A DNA stretch of 64,000 nucleotides, taken from NCBI GenBank assembly GCA_028023455.1, contig JAQFVV010000007.1, positions 14,446,001-14,510,000 on the forward strand, in the 5' to 3' direction. Made by a program: the position numbers and the translations under genes. This document shows, in pieces, positions 13,197 through 26,109 of the stretch. Under the pieces are notes generated by a model that had not been told where the DNA came from, did no database searches, and was given only the letters and a program-made list of their open reading frames with translations. Positions within the stretch are counted from its first letter, which is position 1; every line of letters begins with the position of its first letter. Source of the stretch: Epiperipatus broadwayi. Its lineage: Eukaryota; Animalia; Onychophora.

Positions 13197-13386
13197 TGTT
13201 GCTATAACTATAGTAAGTCTAAGGCATTCTGAAATTTGTATGTCTATGCAAGTCAATGAACATATTCGTATAATATGAAGAGATATGAAAATCTGAAAAG
13301 CAAATTCCTAATTGTATTTAAATATTTTATATGAAAGGACTCAATAAATAAGTATAATTTATATACTTGAAGTTTAGATGTAATTA

Positions 13387-13612
13387 TAGGGAATTGACCA
13401 CAGACTTTCAAGCTCTTTTTAGCTATCCCGTTTATCTCATATAACAGATACACATGACCACACAAATGTGAAAAAGATAAATGATCAATATACTTATTTT
13501 GTGCTGAACCAGCACTCATCAGTTGGACCACATCATCATACATGCACATATATAATCTGTGTTTAGTTATATTAAGATTACAAATCTTTAAACTTTAATG
13601 GACAGGAAAGTC
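13387..13612 (-). mobile_element. Family D monomer with hammerhead core
   Basis: Minus strand reads ggtccaa-CTGATGA-GTGCTG-gtt-CAGCAC-aAAA-ataagta-ta-ttgatc (13484-13528), followed by the family D 3' segment. Confidence 0.8.
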
Positions 13613-14784
13613 TTATTAAACATTAGCATCAGAATCCTTATTTATTAAACGATAAATGCAGGGTATAAAAGAACCTGATTTGTTTTGAACAAAATACATA
13701 CTGAAAAACTTGTATGGTTTGATTACAAGCTGAGAAAAGAAAAAATACATTTAGTTAAATGAGATGAATTGTTAATTTAACATTTGCTCCATCACTTTGA
13801 CACTCAGAAGTCACATAACCTACTAAGCAATAGATTTTTTTTTATGTTCTCTACCCTAGAGCTAGAGTCGCCAAGGTTTTTTCATCCATGCACCAAGTTT
13901 TTCATCTATAAGTTCATATATGTCATCTAACTTCCGTGCTACTACTCAATTTTTGTATAAAACAATATTTGATAAACTTTTTCTAATATAACAATGTATA
14001 GAAAATTTTCGTAGAACTTTATTACATTATAAAAAACAATAAAATTTCAAGATCAAATATTGCCTACTTTAAATAAATTTGTGAGTTCATTTTATTTTTA
14101 ACAAACTCAATATTTGGAATTAAATAAAACATTTTTTAAATTTGAATAATCAGACTATGACATCTTGCAAAGAAAGAATAATTGTAAAATTAAAGTGAGA
14201 AACAATTATGGACTTGCTTCAAATTATCCACGAAATTAAACAACTGTGAAAAACATTTACTTAAATAATGGAGCAAAACAATTTTTAATAGTTTGAAACA
14301 CTAAATTTGTGCTTTGGTTATAATTGTTTTATCTGCGTGTGTGTGTGTGATTACTAATAATTATTTTTGATTAGGGCATTGTTTTATAAGATCTAGTTTT
14401 ACTTTTTATTTTATAATCGGAGTTCAATACATCAAGTTTTGCACGTGCAACATATCTTGACTGCCTCCGAATTAGGCAATCATGTTTCGGAGTATTGTTA
14501 TTGTGCTGGTATAATTTTTCTAGCATCTCAATTTTGAAGTTATATCATATCACTTGTACAAAAACATCATCATCATTGAAAACAAGTTTAGTATCAGAAT
14601 TAAACTAATTATTAACACATCAACATAGAAACATACATAGGAATTGATAATTGATAAATAAAATCTTTTTACCAAAATAAATAAGAATGAAGATTAATTT
14701 TATAATCTTGATTATAAAAATATAAAATAATCTAATGATATATTTATTGCTTGGGAATTCAAAAAATGTTTAAAGACCAAATGT

Positions 14785-16955
14785 GATGAGTAGAAATGCA
14801 ATCCATGGTCCTTGACCTTCCAAGTCTGCTACTCTATCACTGCAGCAAAGTATGCTGGGAACTCAGAAAGGGGATAGTAATTGAATGGTTTATTATTCAG
14901 GAGTTCATTAGAAGTTCAAGCATCATACGTGACAGAGCTAGGCTGCGATACATGAACCTTGAGCTTTAGGGTCTGACACTTTACTGCTGCAGTGAAGCAT
15001 GCTGGGAACACAGTAGGCTATAGTTATTGTCTGGTTTATTATTCAGTTCTTAAGAACTTCATGCATCAGAAGTGACAGAGCTGGTATCTGATCCATTTGC
15101 ACCTTGTGCTGCACATTCTGCCACTCTACAACTGAAGTAAAGCATGCTGGGAACTCAGAAAGAGCATTGTAATTGAATGGTTTGTTATTCAGGAGTTCAT
15201 AAAAACTTCAAGCATCTAAAGTGACAGAACTGGGTGGTAATCCATAAAACTTGAGCTCCAGACTCTACCACTGCATCAAAGCATGCTGGATACTCAGAAA
15301 GAATATAGTAATTGAATGGTTAATTATTCAGGAGTTTGTAAAAAGTTCAAGCACCAGAAGTGATAGAGCTGGATGATGATCCATGAACTTTGAGTTCCAG
15401 TTTCTGCCAGTCTCCAATGCAGAAAAGCATGCTGGGAACTCATTAAGTTCATAAAAAGTTCAAGCATCATAAGTAAAAGAGAAGGGCTGCAATCCATGGA
15501 ACTTGAGGGTCAGATTTCTGACACTCTACTACAGCAGAAAAGCATGCTGAAAACTCAGTAGACTATAGTAATTGAATGATTTACTATTCAAAACTTCATA
15601 GGAAGTTCAACATCAGAAGTGACAAAATAGGGCAGTGATCCATGCACCTTGAGCTCCAGAGTCTGCCACTCCAACACTGCAGCAAAGCATGCTGAGAATA
15701 GAAAGATTATAGTAATTGAACAGTTTATTATTCAGGAATTCACAAGAAGTTCAAGTATCAGAAGTGAAAGAGATGGGCTGCGATTCATGGACCTTGAGCT
15801 CCAGATTTCTGACACTCTATCAAAAGCATGCTGGGAACTTAGAAAGAATATAGTAATTGAATGATTTATTATCCAGGCATTCATAAGAAGTTCAAGTATC
15901 AGAAGTGACAGAGCTGGCCTGTGATCCATGGACCTTGAATTCCAGAGTGTGTCACTCTACCAATGCATCAATGGATGCTGGGAACTCAGTAGACTATAGT
16001 AATTGACTGGTTTATTATTCAAGAGGTCATAGTAATATCAAGAATCAAAAGTAACAGAGCTGGGCTGTGATCCATAGAGCTCAAGCTCCAGAGTCTACCA
16101 CTCTACCCCTGCAACAAAGCATGCTGGGAACTCAGAAAGAGCATAGTAATTGAATAGTTTATTATTAAGGTGTTCATAAGATGTTCAAGTATCAGAAGTG
16201 ACAGATCTGGGCTGTGATGTGATCCATGGACTTTAAGCTCCAAATTCTGTCACTCTATCACTGCAGAAAAGAATGTTGGGAACTCAAAATATTATAGTAA
16301 TTGAATGGTTTATTAGTCAGGAGTTCATAAGAAGCTCAAGCATCAGAAGTGAGAGAGCTGGGCTGCGATGTGTGAACCTTGAGCTCTAGAGTCTGCCACT
16401 CCACCACTGCAGTGCTTGAAACTCAGAATACAGTAATTGAATGGTTTATTATTTGGGAGTTCATAAGAAGTTCAGGCATCAGAAGTGATAGAGCGTGATG
16501 GTGGTCCATGGACCCTGAGCTCCAAAATGTAACACTCTACCACTGTAGTGATGTATGCTGGAAAATCAGAAAAAGCATAGTAATTGAATAATTTATTATT
16601 TAGAGGAGTTCAAAGAAAGCTCAAGCATAAAGAAGTGACAGAGTTGGATTGCAATCCATAGACATTCTGCCACTGCAGCAAAGTATACTAGGTACTCAGG
16701 CAAAATATAGTAATTGAATAGTTTATCATTCAGGAGTTCATAAAAAGTTCAAGAATCAGAAGTGACAAAGCTGAGTTGTGATTTACGAACCTAGAGCTCC
16801 AGGGTCTAACCACTATCCCACTGCAGCAAAGCATGCAGTAAATTCAAGAAGATAGTAATGGAATCGGTTTATTATTCAGTTCATAATAAGTTCATGCATC
16901 ATAAGTGACAGAGCTGGACAATGATCCATGGACCTTGAACTCCAGAGTCTCTGAC
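14785..16955 (-). repeat. Tandem array of ~15 copies of a ~140-bp tRNA-derived unit (family E satellite)
   Basis: catgctgggaactcag recurs about every 140 bp. The minus-strand unit contains GCAGTGGTAGAGTGGCAGACTCTGGAGCTCAAGGTCC(A/G)TGGATC(A/G)CAGCCC, which parallels the tRNA D-arm/anticodon/T-arm layout. Confidence 0.9.
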
Positions 16956-17384
16956 ATTATTCTAGTGCACCACACAAGTCAGTATGACATTTTATGAAGC
17001 TTTTATCATAAAAATAATACATCTTAAAATTTATACTTTCTCTTTATAAGACCCATCAATGAAAACACACATACATACATAATGCTCATTTGAGTATATT
17101 TTATTTGATTTTCCACTCTGTAAAATAACTTTTTAATACTTTTTATATTGAAATTGAAGACAAAATTATTTTTTATGTAAACTGTTCAAAATCAAATATA
17201 GCTACTAAGCTGCATAAACTTGCATGAGAAATTTTTTTTTCCAAATATTTGTCTCTTTTTCTACTCAAGCATATGTGTTTTTTTTACTATCTCTTGAAAT
17301 AACACACACTATCTATTTCAAACACAGAGTTGTAAATAGTGGAGAAATATATGAAGTTGCATTATAATGGTGAGTGAAAGTGCT

Positions 17385-17515
17385 CTGCATGGGTTTGGCA
17401 CAGTGGTAAGGTGTCTGACTTGGGAACATGTGATCCTAAGATCTATTACTGTGCACGCAATTCGGGTTCTTTAACTTCTTATAAGTTTCCAAGCAATAAA
17501 ATCATTACTCTTTTT
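17385..17515 (+). mobile_element. tRNA-derived SINE-like monomer related to family E
   Basis: TGGCACAGTGGTAAGGTGTCTGACTTGGG is an A-box-like head. Its tail aacttcttataagtttcc...aatcattact resembles the E unit tail. Confidence 0.5.
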
Positions 17516-18119
17516 TAGTGATTAAAAATTATTTATAAAGCTATAAGATTTTAAACAACTTTACAAATAGGAATTGACACATTAAAACACAAAGGAATTC
17601 CCATAATAGTTTGTAAAACCTAGTATAGAATGTTTAGTACAATTTAAAATCTATGTCTAGCATTTTAAAAAAACCGTTAATAATTTTTAACAAAATATAA
17701 AATGATAAATAATCAATAAAATATCAGTGATTAACACATCACTTTATCTTACATATTGCCTTTTTAGCAGTATACTTTTTCCACTTTTTTATGTCACTTA
17801 TTGGAAGCTTCAGAAAGGAATGATAGTTGCAAGATAACAGTGTTGAATAAATCCTTACCCTGTGCTATTCCTATCCAAAATCCCAGTCTAGTTTCAAGTT
17901 TGTTGCTTTCATCAGAAAGGAGCTTTGTATCTTGGATCAGTGCAACTGTACCTTTACAATCAAATGCACCTTCCCTTCAGCTCCCATTGTTTATCTCTGT
18001 TATACTACCAAGCTATCAGCCAAAACTATTAAACATATAAATGTTTTCATCTAAGCCAACTTTCTTTTATAATTATATAGAACTGAATTTAGTTTAGTTT
18101 CCATATATTTTAATATCAG

Positions 18120-18702
18120 TAGTTTTTAATAACCTTAAACATCACATGATCACCATCTCATACTAGCACATAATTGTTGTAAACAAAGACAAAACTCTCT
18201 CCATACAGTAGTGTCACCCTGTGCTAAGCAGAGTAATAAATAGATGCCAGAAGGCTCGTGCATAAAATCCCTATCTAGTGCCTACTCATCCAATATCCCC
18301 AGACAAGTTTCTGGCTTGTAGTCATCATCAGTGAGGAGCCTTGGATCTGAGAGCACTGCACCTAGATGTTAGGATCCAATGTAACCCTCCATCAGCCAGC
18401 TTCTAACTCTACTACAAAACTATGATAATGAAATTGTAAAACACAAAAATATTTTCAATCTAAGCTCAATAGCTTATATAGTCATATGGGTCTGAACTCA
18501 ATTCAGCACCCATACATTTTGGTGTCTTTGGCTCTTAAACTGATGATGGCCACAAGCCAGAAACTAGTCTGGGGATATTGGATGAGTAGGCACTAGATAG
18601 GGATTTTATGCACAAGCCTTCTGGCATCTATTGATTACTCTTGTTAGCACAGGGTGGCACTACTGTATGGAGAGAGTTTTGCCTTTGTTAGTTTTTAATA
18701 AC
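18120..18702. mobile_element. Family C full palindrome with an HHR on each strand
   Basis: Arms ~18184-18335 and ~18540-18690. HHR cores at 18298-18340 (-) and 18540-18575 (+). Exact 14-bp flanking repeat tagtttttaataac at 18120-18133 and 18689-18702. Confidence 0.9.
18540..18575 (+). ncRNA. Type I hammerhead ribozyme core (family C)
   Basis: CTGATGA-TGGC-cacaa-GCCA-GAAA-CTAG-TC. Palindromic stem III ACTAGT and a GUC site, with cleavage predicted after 18569. The 5' strand of stem I is disrupted in this copy. Confidence 0.7.
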
Positions 18703-19559
18703 TAGTCACTCCATCCTGTGGTCAGGATTCAATATAACCCAAGATGGCTTACATTAAAAATATGTATATGTTTTTTGGCTTGGGCTGATAGCTTGATAGT
18801 CTAATTTAAATGTAAATAATGGAAGTTGGAGAGAATATGCACTATATCCTAAGAAGTCCTGTTGCATTGTTTCAAGATTAAAATCTCCTCACTCCTACAA
18901 GCCATAACCTTCAAACTAATCTGGGTATTTTGGATAGGAAAGTTCAGGATAATGATTAATAAACACTGTCATCTGAAAACTATTATTGTTTTCTAAAGCT
19001 TATATTAAGTGACAAAAAAGAATATGAAAAAATAAGATGATAAATAATCTTTGCATGTTTATTGAAGAATCATTACTGTGAAAAAACATGGGCTAAAATT
19101 TTGCATTTTAAAATTAAATTTACATATAAATGAATATATGACACTAAATACATGTTTAGCAAGAATTAGGAATACAAATACAAACACATATCATATGCTA
19201 CATGATTATTCATACTGTAAATGACTCGATAGACTGCTTAGCAACATACCTTAACCAGCATTGTGAGTTTATTGTCTTTTATCTTTGAGTTTATGATTAC
19301 AAAAAATATACTTCTCCACTACATTATCAATTGTGCATTCTTGAAGACAGAATAAATGTGATTTTTTTTCTTCTTATACATACTTACAATCATGATAGAC
19401 AAAACTAAATTAAGATCTTTATTCTCACAAGGTTATAAATTCACTAGCCAGGACATATATTGGTTTCTAAGAACAGGAGTATTAAGTATCACCTGATTGC
19501 AGGTGCAGGCTGTTATTAGATGCCAACTTTTTATTTGGGCATTTACACTCATGTATCAC

Positions 19560-22500
19560 TTTCATGTGAAGAACATTGTACCAATTGTAAGTAGAACTGT
19601 TATAATAAAGGGAACCATATTGAATTTTGCAAAATTAGAAGAAAAGATGAAGAGATGACTAGCTTAAAAAGTAATACAAAGAACAGATATGGGAAGCACA
19701 ATTGGAGGAATCTTTATTATACATAAAAAGTAATGCAAGATTGTGGAGATTGATAGTATATCAGACAGTGTGGCAGGATTAATTTCTCGAATGAGTGGAA
19801 AACACCAAATGCAGATAATTAAGATTTGTGCTCCTAAAAGTTCTCATTCTAATGAAAAATTGAGGATTGTTATATGGATGTACACAGTGCTTTTGATGAG
19901 ACTAAACATTTGAAAGATGAAAGTGATGTTGATAAATTTTGATTATGGTAATAGAAATAAGAGAAGACACAAACTTATACTGTTGATAGAAAAAAACTAC
20001 ATTATGAATACATTTTGGAGAAAAATAGAAATAGACATGGAAACAATTAAATGAAGGTTTGGCAGGATTGGATAATATTTTTACTAATAGACAATATGGA
20101 TTTCAAGATTGTAATGTTTTTAATAAATTCAAGACAGGAAATGATAATTAATTGGTGAGATATATGTGCTAATGCAAATCTAAAGAAATAAAATATATTA
20201 ATGAAAACAGTATTAATGTAAGTAACCTTTAGAGACCTTCCAAGGAATTTAAATTAAGAGTTAAAAATCATTTTAAAATATTAACAGACTTGATTGGAGT
20301 CAATATGAAGATATTGATATCTTATTAAGAACTTCAAAAAAGATAATTAGTACAAAAAGCAACAATTTCACTGCAAAACATTGCATAAAGAAAAGAAGAA
20401 AAATAACAAATTTGTAAAAAGAATCCATTAAAAATTAATTTAGTATTTAGTGTTATGCAGAATATTACAAAAAGGCTTAATAAAAACATAGGAAATTATA
20501 ACTGTGATTTGGCTAGAAAAGGTATAGAAAAGAATAAAAGTCTCAAAAATATAAAATAATATCTTAATATTGCAAATAATATTGTTTATCAATAAAAGAC
20601 AAAGATGGTAATATCACAAAAAAAAAAAAGAAAGGTGACGTTGTAAAATATGTGGAAAAGTTCTATATAAAATTTATATAGTAATGGGCAACAAAAAATG
20701 AAATATTCCTTATCGCTGTTATTTCCTTAAATGAAAAAATGACACAAACAATTAAATCTATGCAGAAGAGAAAAATTTCAGGAAATGAGGGAAAAAACAC
20801 ATGAAGAAATAGAAAAATTGTTGGCCAAATTATACACAAAATATCTCAATCACTGGTTGGCAAACCTTATAACATGAAGAGCCACCCCCTACCCCCATTA
20901 AAGAGCCACAAGGAAGCAGGTATCTCACTCCCCTTCATTAAAACCCACAAAGAAAAATGTGAAAACTATGCCTTGGAAAAATATGAATGTCTGAATGATA
21001 GTGAATATATCTGCACATTTATTTTAATAATAGAACATAATAGAATCTATAAATAGTCTAGGGAAAATAAAAATTCTTAAAAATAAGTAAAAACAAAAAA
21101 TTGCTTTGAAAGTTTGATTTATTCATAAATTTTTAATTTAAATATTCATCATATACAATAATTACTTAATATAATAATCAATCTAAATGAAATTGAAACA
21201 AACAACTATTTATATTTATTTAATTATCAACCGGGCTTTCACCTATTAATTATATTTATTCCACCTATTGGACATTATTTTATCTTCAAGAATATAATTA
21301 ACACTATACATTTAAACATATAAATAAATGATATAAAATAAAAATACATCAAATAATTTTTAAAACAATATAAGTATCTATACATATATTTTTATATAAC
21401 TTTATAAATAAATATTCTACTCTCCTCTCCCCACTTTCATAAACTCTCATTCATAATTCTACCATAAATCTTCCAATTATCTAATAATGCCCACTTTCCA
21501 CCTAATTTTGCTGGACTTTTAACTATATTTACACATCCATCCAAATTTCTTTGAATGTATATATATATATATACCATATCCTTTTTCGATAATCTTTAAC
21601 ATGTTTTATAACTTGAATATTCTTCTCATACTCCATTTTATGACCAGTATCTAAATAATGTTATATGGTCCTGACCTAATATCTCTCCTACTAACTGCTA
21701 CTAATTAATAATTGTTGAAAATAAAATAATGTGCAATAGCTGGAATAAATGTGATGTATAAAACTTTGGTTGATAATCAAATAATTGTAAATATAATTAG
21801 TTGTTTGTTTCTATTGGATATTTGTACCATTGTATGTACAATAATTACTATTTCATAATAAGATTAAATTCAAGAAACAACCTTCTATTTGTACATTTTT
21901 TCTCTCCTACAGTTATAAAAATATTTGTTTATAAATTAAAAGAGGAAATAAAAATATGTGTTGTGTTTGTTATGATAAAAATAAAACAGTGAGATTGGGA
22001 TTAGAGAACCACCTTTGATCCTTGATCTGCAATTTTCCTAACCCTGATCTAAATGATAAAGATTTATTAGAAGATTGGAAGAATGCAATACTTATTAATA
22101 TTTATAAGAATGATGAAATATTAGAAATTACAGGGTAATCACTCTTCTATTAATGTTATACAAAATCTTTTATAATTAGATTTTATCTACAAAAAAACTT
22201 TGCCTTCTAAGTAAATAAAAGAGGTTTTAGCTCAGTAAATTATATGTATCTATCCAGAAAAGTTATAGAATGAAACAATGATTATAAATAGCCATTATGT
22301 TTTGGATACGTAGATTCTAAACAGACATTCTATACATATGTCTATGATGATTAAGTTTAGAAGTTTCAAGACGTAGACACGGAGTATTAAATTCTGTAGA
22401 AATATTTATCCAAAATGCAACAGAAATGTTATATGGTAGTGTTAAGATTATTAACATTGAGTTTGTATGATAGGGTGAATTCACAACTCCAATATTTTTA

Positions 22501-23300
22501 CAGCATTTTACAAGAAATATTTTGTGAAATAAAATGAGACATAAAAAGAATAAAAGTAAATTTTTAGATTTTGCAGATAAATGTGATTGTTTTCCAAGTA
22601 ATACTTTAGATTTTTGGGAAATGTTGTAACAGTTACCCTATGAAATCAATAAAATAAAACTAAAGATAAATATTAAAAATACTAAAGAAATGTTCAATGG
22701 ATTTTTTTGGAAGAAAAAATAAAAATTGATAATAATAAATCATGAATAATAATAACAAATAATTTTGGTCAGATTAGTTGAAAACAAAATGGATGAAATT
22801 AATCATTGAATTAAATTTGGATAAAATGCTTTTGCTAAGAATAAATTACTACCCAGTGAAATATATCTATGTGATTTACGTATTCTTACTTATGGACCTG
22901 AGACTTGTACATTTAGCAGAAGAGCAATTCAAAGACTAAATTACTCATCAAAGTATGGATAGATGCATGCTCGGAGTAACAGGAAGATATTGAAAACAAA
23001 GTACATTAGTAAGAGAACAACCATGTGTCATCAATATCATTGAAAAAATTAAGAAATTGAAAAGGAGATGTACTAGACATATAACTACAAATATGATAAT
23101 ATGTAGCCAAATTGAAGTCTTAAACTATACCCCAAGAGATTAAAAAGACCTAAAAAGTGACCAGTGGTGAGATAAGTAGAGTTAATTAGAAAGTTTGTTG
23201 GTATAGTGTGAAAGAAAGAGGTCATAGGTAAGAGGAATTGGATTAAACTTGGAAAGATCTTCTCCTGCAGTAGATTGATAATAAGTTGACAATGACAATG
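19560..23300 (+). mobile_element. Degraded near-full-length RTE-like LINE split by a ~1.2-kb insert (~20800-22030)
   Basis: APE remnant MQIIKICAPKSSHSNE (~19810-19860). EDWKNAILI at ~22070 and LDFAD at ~22565. 3' end ctcctgcagtagattgataataagttgacaatgacaatgatg at ~23262-23303. Confidence 0.75.
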
Positions 23301-23811
23301 ATGGTATCTTGCAAAATGGCCTTTTGACTTTGTTTATAGCAAAATTTAATTTTTGAAATTATAGATCATCACTTTAATATATCTTCAATCATATTTTTCA
23401 TTATATATTGCATATATACTTTTTATAATGAAATAAGCCTTATCTCTGTCATGAAAACCACATTTAAGTTTACTATATTCTTTTTATAATGTCTGTTAGT
23501 ATTTATTTACTCCAAACAGTAATCCACTAAAGATGTGATATACATTGTACCAGGTTCTAAAATCTGGAAAAACTCTGCTTATTGGCTGTTGTATTTTTAA
23601 AAATAACTTCTGCATCATTAAATGATTCCTTTGATGAAATAGTATTTCTTTAAATTTATTAAATACACCAACAGCACAATTTTTAAATTGATTCACCCTT
23701 AAAATTTCTGATGATTTATTTGCATCATTGACTGATAAATGTTTTAAAAGAATTTTGATATTAATTTACTAAACCACAATGTGTATAGATTGCATTAAAA
23801 TATTATGAAAC

Positions 23812-24705
23812 CTATAAAAATCACATGATACACCATTTTTTATGCTTACACAAGCTGTTTTTACACAGAGACTAAACTATCCATGCAAGCCAGAGTAATC
23901 AATGGATGCAAGAAGGTTTGTGCATAGGCTCTCTATCTAGTGCCTTTTCATCCCATATCCCCAGACTAGTGTCTACCTTGTGGCTTTTATCAGTGAGAAG
24001 TATTGGATCTGAGAGCACTGCACCTACATTTTTGGATCTAATGCAACCCTCAAGCATCTATATTTTTGCCTTATTAGCTAACAGTAAAGCTTTGAACCCA
24101 AAATGAAAACACAATAATGTTTTCAATTCAAGCTTATTAACTTGTATAGTTGTATAGATCTGAACTCAGTTCATCATCTATAAATTTTTGGTGTCTTTGG
24201 TTTTTTAATAATCACAGTTACCCTAATCCTATTGGTCAGGATTGTTATTAAACTACTAAATATTACATGATCACTATTCTTTATGCTTACACAAGCTGTT
24301 TATACAGAGGCTAATCTCTTCATCAAGTTGCACTACTCAATGCAAGCCAGAGTAATCAATGGATACAAGAAAATTTGTGCATAAAATTCTTATCTAGTGT
24401 CTACTCATCCAATACCCCAGGCTATTTTTTAACTTGTGAATTTCATAAGTGAATTTGGTCTCAAAGCTTTATAGTTAGCTAAAATAAGACTAAAAAGGTG
24501 GCTTCTGGAAATTGTATTAGATCCTAAGATGTAAGTGCAGTGCTCTCAAATCCAAAGCTCCTCACTCATAAAAGCTACAAGCTAGAAACTAATCTTGGAA
24601 AATTGGATAAGAAGGCACTATTGCACAAACCTTCTTGCATCCATTGATTACTCTGGCTTGCATTGAGTGGTGCTACCATATGGAAAGTGTTGCTTTTGTA
24701 TTATT
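23812..24705. mobile_element. Family C composite: head-to-tail tandem (-) followed by an inverted copy (+)
   Basis: Tail tcacatgat at 23821 recurs at 24263 (period ~442). Degenerate HHR cores at ~23960-24000 (-) and ~24555-24600 (+). Confidence 0.8.
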
Positions 24706-25339
24706 TCATATACATTAAAAAAACATAATAGAAGTTTACTAAAATCAATTTTACGACTTTACATTCCAGTCTTACACCCTACATTGTATTAAACCATATA
24801 TGCTCCCATGGCTGCTATGCAATTTATGCAATGATAAATTAAAGAGCAAACAGTGCAAATAAAACTGAATTCCACCATATTAAATTACCAAATATCACAT
24901 GCCCTTCCTGGTTAGTTATAAACCCTTGGTTATTTTTCATTATTTTTAGGACATGACATAGATCGTATTTTAAATTGCAAGAGCAAAATCATCATCATAG
25001 TCTATATATAAAAGCTAAGAAGTTGAAGTTTTCTTATTGCTTTTCTCAGATCAGAATAAAAACTTTACTATTAAAACCTGTAGTATATTTTGATGTTGAA
25101 AACATTAATGAACTGCTTCACAATAACTGGAATAAACTTAATCACAAAACTTTTTAAAATTCTTATGCTGTTGTGGGCAACAATGTATCCCTTAACAATC
25201 AGCAAAGTAATTTTTTTATTCTTTTTATGTTATATAAATCAGAATAATGGTATCATTGTTAAGATAATGTACACAATTTTAATGGTCATTGTAATCTTAG
25301 ATATAGGAATGGTACAATTTTTAGTAGATATTTGCAGAA

Positions 25340-25454
25340 CTTTACAAAGTTATTTTTTTTTTTTTATGTGTCAAAGCGTTGGCTGGGAAGTGAACCCGGG
25401 ACAACTACTTGTAAGGCAACTGTGCTAACCACTCTTCCACCAATGCTTTACAAA
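25340..25454 (-). pseudogene. tRNA-Gly(TCC)-derived SINE/retropseudogene (tRNA part 25376-25446, anticodon mutated to TAC)
   Basis: GCATTGGTGGAAGAGTGGTTAGCACAGTTGCCTTACAAGTAGTTGTCCCGGGTTCACTTCCCAGCCAACGC aligns to metazoan tRNA-Gly-TCC. It is followed by TTTGACAC and poly(A), with flanking repeat ctttacaaa at 25340-25348 and 25446-25454. Confidence 0.8.
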
Positions 25455-26109
25455 TCAAAGTTAATTTGTTAATTTTAAACAATGGCAGTTCACTACTTTA
25501 CTGCCATCTGTTATCAGTAAAAGTAACTACTGAGACACTCTATTGCATTTTAAATCATAATCAACTATAAGCTAATCTGCTTTGAATTTTAATTCCAGTT
25601 AATAACAATGTCCTTTAACTATTGGTAATCATCTTTTCATGATGTATCTCAACCCATTTATTGATTGTGACAGAGAAAGGGCCGTGCTTTTTATCCAAGA
25701 AATGAGTATAAATTTGTGTAGATGCTACTGGAAAAAAATGTAAAATAAATATAATGTTCATCAAGATATTCATTCATTTAAATGTTTTTGTACTGATACT
25801 GAAAGAAAAATATTAATAAATAATGAAATGTATTACACATATTAATAAAAAATGATATCTTTATATTTATTTGAAAAATAATTATAATATATCAACAATA
25901 TAGGTGCAATACGTAAATAATTTAAAGCTAGAGATTTGATGATAAATGAATTGTAATTATTGCTTGTTTGAATGAAGTGGTGGATAAATAAAGACTGAAA
26001 ATCCTAAGTTCAAATCCCTCTTTTTACTACAATAAACATTCAGTATACTGAATGAATAGGTTAATTATGAATTGAATTATTATTATCATTATTATTGTTT
26101 AATACTTTT

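Larger units (their letters stand above)
17740..19060. mobile_element. Older family-C-related (C2) palindrome interrupted by a younger family C palindrome
   Basis: 17740-18040 is inverted relative to 18770-19060 (for example caagctatcagcc/ggctgatagcttg and ttatgtcactta/taagtgacaaaa). Minus-strand HHR remnant ctgatga-aagc-aacaa-actt-gaaa-ctag-ac at ~17885-17915. Confidence 0.7.

Noticed and set aside
14785-16955. CRISPR-like array
   Set aside because: The whole ~140-bp unit is repeated with no unique spacers, the context is eukaryotic and no cas genes are present.
17801-18040. ORFs overlapping HHR families or the satellite (17801-18040, 23906-24106, 2190-2387, 15649-15929)
   Set aside because: They are incidental frames in non-coding repeats and are not conserved between copies.
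25376-25446. Functional tRNA-Val(TAC) or tRNA-Arg(TCT) genes (also 55246-55315)
   Set aside because: They have a Gly-type body, a disrupted T-loop and stems, a poly(A)/TA tail and TSDs, which indicate retroposed pseudogenes.
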